Shown here piece by piece: positions 55,501 through 64,000 of a stretch of 64,000 bases of DNA. The DNA comes from Trichoplax sp. H2 (taxonomy: Eukaryota). A program made the translations under genes and the position numbers. Numbering within the stretch: position 1 is the stretch's first letter; the number at the start of each line of letters is the position of its first letter. The stretch is taken from positions 1 to 64,000 of the forward strand of contig NOWV01000168.1 of assembly GCA_003344405.1 (NCBI GenBank), written 5' to 3'. The notes under the pieces were generated by a model that saw only the letters and a program-made list of their open reading frames with translations, was not told the origin of the DNA and did no database searches.

Positions 55501-57097
55501 TAAGTGTCATTAGGCTAGATTAACTTATTGTAACTATCAAATCATGACCATTACGGCGCAAGATTTTCTTCCACAGAATAGTTTTGACATGTGTATATAG
55601 AATATTTATAGTTATAGAAGGTTGACGATTACAACGATGATTGATATGCTACGATTTATTTCTTCTAGATCACGTTTCAAGAATTAGTTAATTTTGTAGA
55701 AAAGCGTGGTGTTAGTTTACAAGCCCGATTTGAAGGTTTAAATCGTAAAGAGATTAATGGTCTTGGAGATTTTATGGTTAATCTACAGGAAGCATTATCT
55801 ATTAATGTAAAAAAAGTCTACGTCGAGGTAAGATATTTGCTATAGAATATTCGAGTATTTTAAAATGCCTTCAGTTAAAAATCATTGGTTTTAAGTCCAC
55901 TTCCAGACATTGTTTCGCACAGCTAGCCCTTCAATAGCGATTTATAATAAGCTTCTATTAAAATTGATCAATTTATTTCCTATATTAATTTGATGTCCAT
56001 ACATCTATATGAAATCGATGTTTAAAATAGTCGGTTTATGCTTTATTTTAATTTAATGTAAGCGTATAACTTTGTAAAAAAGCTCGAATTGTACTTCGAT
56101 TAATTCAAGTTTATAAGCTTTAAAGACTACTGTTAGATGTTAGAAGACTTAAACTCTGATTGTGCAGGAATTAAATTACTGTCGTTTTATCTTGTAGAAA
56201 CGCGATGTAGAAAGGACGATCGGTATCGATACCGATTATATAGAAACCACTGACTTTGAATTATTAAAAGAAGATCGAGAATTCTTACTGGAGGTAATAA
56301 CGCTTATAGATGCACTATTTTCTATCCACTGAAGGATTTTCGATATAAAATTACTGTATAAGTATCAAGTATACAGAAATATTTTATCATCTATCATCTT
56401 GCCTGTATTTTTATAATATTAAGCCAATTTTGGCGCAATACCCTATCTTCTCTAATTGAATTAAATGTACTCAGGTTGGTCGTCGATCTGCTAGAGCATT
56501 CCTGTATGACTTTCTCAAGCGAAAGAATCCACCTAGGAAAACAGCAGCTGATTACAAGAGAAGTCGTCGAATGGAAGCATTGCGACATCAACAATTATTA
56601 CGACGGCGTAGCGAACAAATCTTAGGTTTATCATCAGGAAGTCAATCTAAAAACAAGAAGAGTCTGTCGGGACGAAAAAAAGTTTCCGTAAGTTTAAGCA
56701 CTATAGTACTATTATCGGTATATTGTATCAGATTTAAATGTAAACATCCAAAACGATCTCTATAACCATCATTGAATCTAAATGATTTAACTACTGTACT
56801 GGTATTGTAAGTGGTACCTTATTTTAGTATACCCAGGGTGAAATATGAAGTGATTGCGCAGTTTTATCCTTTTTTTAAATGGTGACTGTGTTAAACTCGT
56901 ACTGATCAATCTGTTTTTTAATTATCTGACGAAAATAGATAAAGAAGAACGCCAAAAATCCTATGATGAGGCAAATTACAGAAGAAACAGAAATTACCGA
57001 TTCCGATGCAAGTGATATCAGTTCAACTGGTGGTAAAGATACTCGTAGACTGAATCCAATTAATAATAGGCCTCGAACAAGAACATGGGATAATTAG
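49567..57097 (+). CDS. Patatin-like phospholipase with inserted EF-hand pair and N-terminal myristoylation-type motif, 12 exons
   Basis: Exons 49567-49863, 53148-53295, 53837-53973, 54071-54206, 54327-54553, 54657-54748, 54903-55059, 55248-55346, 55669-55827, 56198-56293, 56475-56687, 56939-57097. Motifs ENLVLEGGGSKG, AGASAG, AVRMSMSIPG and YVDGG. EF loops NIDEDAIIDKTE and DTDGDGSITFQE. Starts MGAVLS. Confidence 0.9.
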
Positions 57098-59224
57098 CGC
57101 AATTATAACAAAAGTTATAAGAAATTGATGGAAAAGCTGTAAAGCTTGGACCACGATTACTACACGAATTTTAGTTTATGATATCTAGTACTGTATATTA
57201 GCGGTTTTGAGCTTGAACGGATAGTATTATATAATTATACTTTATACCGTCGAGCATTCGATGGAATAATTCTTACTTGAACTTATAAATACGTATAACA
57301 TTGAATTATTGACTTTACTATTATCGTCGTGTAGCTACGAAGAAAATATGTTTTAGTATATTTAATAGCAAAGTATACACCTCGATATGCTATCCTTTCT
57401 CTACGAAGTCAAAGAAATCGATTCTGCTATTTTTTTCAGCACAATTTAAATTTTATACATCATACTATGTATCAGTTAGAATTTATTAATAGATAGAATA
57501 TATTGAGATTTTGTGCCGCCGATAAGAATCGTCTACACGCTGTACTTACTGCTTGACTAATCATTATCAAGTCTACATCATTCAAACAATAATTCCAATT
57601 TGATGCTTATGTTGATTGTAATATTTGGATTATGACTACGAGGTGGAATAATCAATTCCCTGTAACTATTATTGTCATTGTAGTTGGCCATGCCAATATA
57701 CATAAGTTATTGAATTGATCCTTTAGAATTCATACTTTAGGCTGGTAGCATATTTACTGCACAATAATGTAATGCATTAACATAAAAAAATTACGGCGAG
57801 GCGGCTTAGTACAGTATCTATAAATCATTACTTGCATCTAAAATGCTAAATTATTTCATTGCAAAATTCAAAAATTTCTCTGATCATGTTAATGATTTTA
57901 AATGATATTCATGAACTTTTGCTGATCCATATTATTTCCTTACATGCTATCTGTAATAACGGTATTTCTTCTCCATTATCGCCAATATCAATATCTCATT
58001 TCATATTTCGATAGATTACCATGTATCAAATTTAGGTCAATTGTATGGGTAGTTAATTATAATGTAATTGATAAGATGCTGTCATAACATATTGAATAAT
58101 TACAATCAATCTATGAAATGTTAACTAAATAGCAGCTTTGATAGCAGCCATTTTTATATTTTGCAAGTTCATTTTTAATTATTGCCGCTAGTATGGTTAC
58201 TCTAAGTTAAGTTCAAAAAGGCTACGCAGGTACGTCAATATCTAGAATAATAGCCTACCTATTTTAAATAAACTTATTCTAAATTGAATATAATGGTATC
58301 TTTAATTAACCTATAATAATATTCATCATTAGTATTAATAACCTATTATAATAACGATTGGGAAAGTGATCACAACCTACGTAGCAGACAATTCAATGGC
58401 ATTAGATAGAATATATCTGTTGAATTATACTGTATTCATGATAATGATGACATAGCAGTATTAGCAAATAAAGATAATACACTCCTCTCTTTATTGTCCA
58501 TTAATTTAACATTTCATTTCCTGCTTATTCTATAAAGCCTGTATAAACAATCTACATGAAATTGTGCTACAGTTACCGTGTACGTAACGATAGCATAAAA
58601 TTGGTGTAAAACACATTTTTTATTTCTTAATGTGAACTAATTTGAACATTGTAGCTAGTTTACACCTTATTTTGTAAAACGTTAGAGAATTTCTGTCTAT
58701 ATATTTTATGTACTAGGTGTGTAATACATTTCGGCTCGTATTTAATGAAATAATAAAGAAATTGGAATAGTTATATTTGAATCAAAGATGTAGTTGTTGT
58801 CTCGATATAATATAATCGTGTAACAAAGCAAATGGTTCAATAAGGAAACCATGGGCAGTAAAAGTTACGAACAAGTAATTGCTGATTGTTTATCTACTAC
58901 AATCGCTTCTATGTATAATAATAATGGAAATATTAGCGTAAATATGCTATTACTAGTACTGAATGGACTGATAATTATTATCATATAATACAGTAGAGAT
59001 AAAGTAGATTTTACAGGCTTACAGCACTGATATAGCAAGTACGTTTAACACACACATACTATACATATATATGAATATGAACGAGGCTAGAGAAATGTTC
59101 TATAAGCTGCGTATCAGTATATTCCATTAATCTTTTAAGAGTATGCATTTGTTTTGATATAGGCAAACATAACTAAGAGATGATATCAGGTACCATAACA
59201 ATTCAATCAGTAAGCTTTCGTGAT

Positions 59225-60492
59225 CTATGTTTTTTCTTTACTGCTTTCGTGTAATAGACCTAAAAACAAGAAACAGAGTTATTTACAATGCGTGAATAAA
59301 GTTAGTTTTACAATAATTAAATATACATAGAGCGTCTATACGTAATGGTACTATCCTGACCTATCTTTGAAATTATTCCATCAACTGATGGCGTATAAAA
59401 CGAGAAAAGTAGCTTGAATTAGAATTTTACGAACTTACTATTAATCCTATCGGTAGTAGTTTTCCGATCTACCAAGAAGAAGATGTTGCTATTGGGTTGC
59501 TTTGAGTACACTGCCTGCAGATATTAAAGATTAACTTGTTCTATCATCGTATATCGATTTTATCTATTAATATGTATAATTGCATCATTGGATAAAGATA
59601 TATCATAGCTGCATAACCGATCGATTATATATTTAGATTATTCATTACTTTATCGTACAGTGAGTGCTACTTGCTAAAGTAGATTATATTAACGATAAAT
59701 TACAGATTAAGAAGGCGACTGATAATATTGATGGAGTTGCAATCTTCAACTTTAAAGGACTGTCATCCTAAACTACAGTTCAATATGGTTGACTTACTCG
59801 ATTAGGTTTCAAAGAAGTTAATTCTCCACTCATCACGGTCAATTCATGGCGCTATTGGAAGTAAAATAGGGCATTATTATAATTTAGACGCTTAAGTTAT
59901 ACGCGTACATCAGTTATACTCATTATTATTGAAAGTAGAACTTTTTGAAAGACTCAGATTTGGTAGTCCATCATTAGTAAAATAACTTTCGCTCTTTGTA
60001 GTCTTCGACCTCTTATACAATAAACATTTTGTAGTTGTACAGTTTATTTCCATTTCTCAACCAAAAATATCCTTGGGCATATATCATTTCGAGGTAGTCC
60101 ACAGTTTGTACACTGTGCACTGCATAGTGACTATAGTTACGACTGTAATTGAACAACAAATTAAGTTGCAGTCGATCGTACAGTATCCTCCTCTTCAGGA
60201 CATGATCTACAATCATATTGTAATTTACAGTAATCAATATACAGTTATGCCGTCATTTGAATCACAACTAGCTGTTTTATTGCATCTTCTCAAGCAAAAA
60301 TGGCCATTAAATCATCCAAACCTATCAAAATGATTCAAGTCACCCACTCACTACCGTCATTACTTGAGCGATGAATTCAATTGCAGTATCTTATTGTATA
60401 TAATAATCTAGGATGATTTCTAAAGTTATCCGTGTATTTGGAGTATGTACCCTTCTTTCTTCGTCAGTAAGACGTTTTGGAACTTCCTCCAT
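59225..60492 (-). CDS. ASDURF: ASDURF-like small prefoldin-like protein (about 68 aa), 4 exons
   Basis: Exons 60492-60451 (tentative), 59851-59798, 59514-59439 and 59259-59225 give MEEVPKRLTDEERRRHELTVMSGELTSLKPNRAVYSKQPNSNIFFLVDRKTTTDRINSLLHESSKEKT. The core matches recalled human ASDURF [26 protein letters not shown]. Confidence 0.8.
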
Positions 60493-60498
60493 ATCGAA

Positions 60499-61150
60499 TC
60501 TAAGTTGCCAGAAAGGGTCCGAGATAAAATGGGCGTAGAAGGACTTCTATAACTTTGAAGGAGAGAAATTAAATTCCTTGCTCAAGTATTTATAACAACA
60601 ATTTGGCCACAAGCCTCTGAATTCCTCATCACAAGTCCTTAAGCTTCCACATTACAGTATGTCGATTTGGAAGGATCTCTATCCAAGCACTGTAGATTGT
60701 AGTCAGTAATCGTCTAAGTAAATTAGTATACAGCATCGAACCCCGCGATTGGCTGATACAAATTACTGNNNNNNNNNNNNNNNNNNNNTCTAAGTTGCCA
60801 GAAAGGGTCCGAGATAAAATGGGCGTAGAAGGACTTCTATAACTTTGAAGGAGAGAAATTTAATTCCTTGCTCAAGTATTTATAACAACAATTTGGCCAC
60901 AAGCCTCTGAATTCCTCATCACAAGTCCTTAAGCTTCCACATTACAGTAATTAAACTCCTTGCTCAAGTATTTATAACAACAATTTGGCCACAAGCCTCT
61001 GAATTCCTCATCACAAGTCCTTCGGCTTCCACGTTACAGTACGTCGATTTGGAAGGATCTCTATCCAAGCACTGTAGATTGTAGTCAGTAATCGCCTAAG
61101 TAAGTTAGTATACAGTATCGAACCCCGCGATTGGCTGATACAAATTACTG
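60499..61150. repeat. Near-identical duplication across a 20-N assembly gap (60769-60788)
   Basis: 60499-60768 is repeated from 60789 onward, with an extra internal copy of about 90 bp near 60948-61040. Confidence 0.9.
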
Positions 61151-61761
61151 TCTAGACTTGCTAGGTTAGCGCGACTCCATTGACCGCTGCTACAGTACAA
61201 TTTGACCGGACTGCTACTCAAGTACAGCATATAAAGTACTGTAGTGTTTATTTCTCTCTTCAAGGGACACCAGCCATTTTGCATCAACTTGATATATTCC
61301 TTCCGATGAAACAGAATTTTCTCTAAAATAAACTGGGAATACAACATTACCGAACTAAAATATCAATTGTATTGGTACGATACGATAATAAATAGACATT
61401 TGTTTTAACTAATTCGATCATTTTTCAACTCTACAGTCTACACAACACGAATGAATGCACTATTTCTTACTGAATGAATTCAAAATTTCTCCTTTTAGCT
61501 GCAAAGATTGGGCATCTTTTAGTACAAATTGAACACGTTACAATTAATCAACGCAATTCTAAGGTACTGTTGTACCATCTGACGAGCACTCACCAAATAG
61601 ACTGTGCTATCGAGATCAAATAGCTTATCGTATTACAGCTAGCAGCTAGCGGTTTACTGTTATCGCTCAATACAGTATTAGATACGCCTTCATAAGACAT
61701 ACCAGAGTCTCGACCGAAACTGTGCAGCAAAGTCTCCTTCAAACTTCTTCGAGGTTCAGAT

Positions 61762-63979
61762 ATGACATTGTTAACGTTGTTACGCCGTTCAGTAAGGGAT
61801 AAAGGACGTGCCCTTCGCTCAGTTATAAGTCAATATCAGCCGTCAGCATCTGTACATAATGATGGGCCTTTGAGAGGCATTAAAGTACTCGACCTGACAA
61901 GGTATGATAGAATAAGGTGCTTTTTCAACACATTATCTGCAGCATAGAAGTACGCATAGCTTTACCAAAAATAGATTACACTTTTTATTTAATCTACTAG
62001 TAGATCCCTCGCTCGTTATACTTCGCGTACTAAGTACATGTACAGTATTTGTGTTTATACTCGACTCATTATGCTTGTATTTGCTTAAATGGAATAAATA
62101 TCTATTACTATTTCTTAGAGTTTTAGCTGGGCCGTATACAACAATGGTGCTTGGTGATCTTGGAGCTGAAGTAATTAAAATTGAGAAACCAGGTTAGTAT
62201 GATTACAATAAGAATTTAAAAGCGAGCATCATCCTATACTATAGGAGTGATACAACCGTTGATAGTGATATGCTATCCGATGATGATTTACAACATAGGA
62301 GTATACATACTTCCTGCCTAATCTTGATCGGTACAGTTCATTCTATATAGAGGTAAAAAATGAACTTATAGCATACATTGAATAGGAGATGGTGACGATA
62401 CAAGATCTTGGGGTCCTCCATTCGTAAATAGTGAAAGTACCTACTTCCTGTCTATCAATAGAAATAAAAAGGTATAAATTATATTTCGGATGGTCAACTC
62501 TGAAATTGCTATTGTATCAGGCTGAGTATAAAATTATGCTATACTATACTTTTATCTTATTGTGGTGAACAATGTTATTAAAATCTACGTATATGTAATT
62601 GATTTGTAGTTGTGTAGTCATGATATAAGTAACAAGTTGGATAGTACTTTGAAGATGAACTGGTTCAATAAAGTTATAATTACCAACTCTGTATTAATGT
62701 GCGTTAATTTAATAATTCTCTTATGACAGGTGTATTGTATTACCATAGTGACAGTTTTTTTGCTTTATATGCGCAGCAATCATGCTAAAGAAACATGTAT
62801 GCTAATTTTAATATTTAGAGTGTTGTTGTTGATCTAAAACGTTCAGAAGGATCCAATCTTGTCAGAAAGGTTAATATCACAATATTTATATTGAATTATA
62901 CAAATAATTGTAAACATAAATTGCTTATCACTAATGACTTCTGGTGTGACTGTTTCTCACTTAGTTAGCTGCATCATGCGATATTTTAATTGAAAATTAT
63001 CTACCTGGAAAGTTGGACAAGTATGGATTAGATTATGAAAGTATTCGCGAGTCTTCACCCGGAATCATTTATTGCTCAATATCTGGCTATGGATCAGATG
63101 GACCTTATCGAAATCGTCCTGGCTATGATGTGATTGCTGCCGGTATTGGAGGACTATTGCATATAACAGGACCTGAGGTAATACTATCGTTGAGTGAAAT
63201 AGCAATGGCATAGAATATCAACTTACCTTGTCAATATTCTTGTACTGTGTTACATCCCCTACGGAATTTAAATTAAATCTTAATTATCTTACCATACCTT
63301 GCATATCTGACGTACTTTTAGTAAAGTTTTGGATATGTTAACATCAGTAGTTTGGAGGATCTAGGTAGTTGCATTTAATGGTAGCATTTCTAACGCGCAA
63401 TAAATAATAGGATAAAAGTCACTCTGGAATACTAGATGATTTATATTTAATTTGTGCTTCATTTGAAAGGGTGGAGATCCCTGTAAAGCTGGCATTCCAG
63501 TTACGGATATGGCTACGGGATTATATGCTTCCACTTCAATTATAGCTGCTTTAGTAGAGAAACATAAGAGTGGAGTAGGTCAAAAAATTGAATGTAACCT
63601 GCTGAATACCCAGGTAACGATTAGAATTTGATGTTACGAACCTATAGCTTTTATCATATTGTACATCTTTACTAATAAAAGTATTCTTCAATTGATTAAG
63701 GTAGCAATGTTAAGCTATGTTGCTGCTGCTTATCTAAATGGTGGACTGGAATGGCATCGTTGGGGAACAGCTCATGGTAGTATTGTACCTTATCAGGTGC
63801 AGTATAATTCTTAAACTATTTACCTATACGATCTATAATTCGTGCAATATTATACACCTGTGTTGTGTTCACCATCTAACTAGTATTAACATATCATCAT
63901 ATACAAGGCATTCAAAACGGCCGACAGCTACATTGTTGTAGGAGCTGGAAATAACACTCAGTTTCAACAATTATGCAAG
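61762..63979 (+). CDS. SUGCT: Succinate-hydroxymethylglutarate CoA-transferase (CaiB/BaiF family III), runs off the window end
   Basis: Mitochondrial-type presequence, then [50 protein letters not shown]...[11 protein letters not shown]...ENYLPGKL...[18 protein letters not shown]...[13 protein letters not shown] across at least 8 exons. Confidence 0.93.
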
Positions 63980-64000
63980 GTAAATGTAGTAAATTAAAAT

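Noticed and set aside
57100-59220. ASNSD1 coding sequence downstream of ASDURF
   Set aside because: No MCGI-like start or asparagine-synthetase motifs were seen, and there is too little room before the convergent patatin gene.

Overview
AT-rich, intron-dense animal genomic DNA. The compact short-intron gene style and gene content suggest a basal metazoan such as a placozoan; this is an inference, not proven. Hand-spliced genes in order: TMEM98 (-), a head-to-head pair of cytochrome b561 paralogs (- and +), LSM12 (-), RACGAP1/CYK-4 (+), a two-exon CARD plus Death-domain adaptor (RAIDD/CRADD-like, -), a solitary intact retrotransposon Gag-like gene with two CCHC knuckles and no pol (+), an unidentified coiled-coil gene built of phase 1-1 exons (-), a patatin-like phospholipase with EF-hands (+), a tiny ASDURF-like prefoldin gene missed by the ORF track (-), and a 3'-truncated SUGCT (+). 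There are several tandem or degenerate repeat arrays and one 20-N gap with duplicated flanks. The most notable items are the candidate domesticated Gag, the stand-alone ASDURF, the LSM12 U12-type intron lacking an AG acceptor, a GC-AG intron in one b561 paralog, and the 105-nt (5-heptad) exon module gene. Family calls rest on recalled protein sequences and motifs, not database searches.
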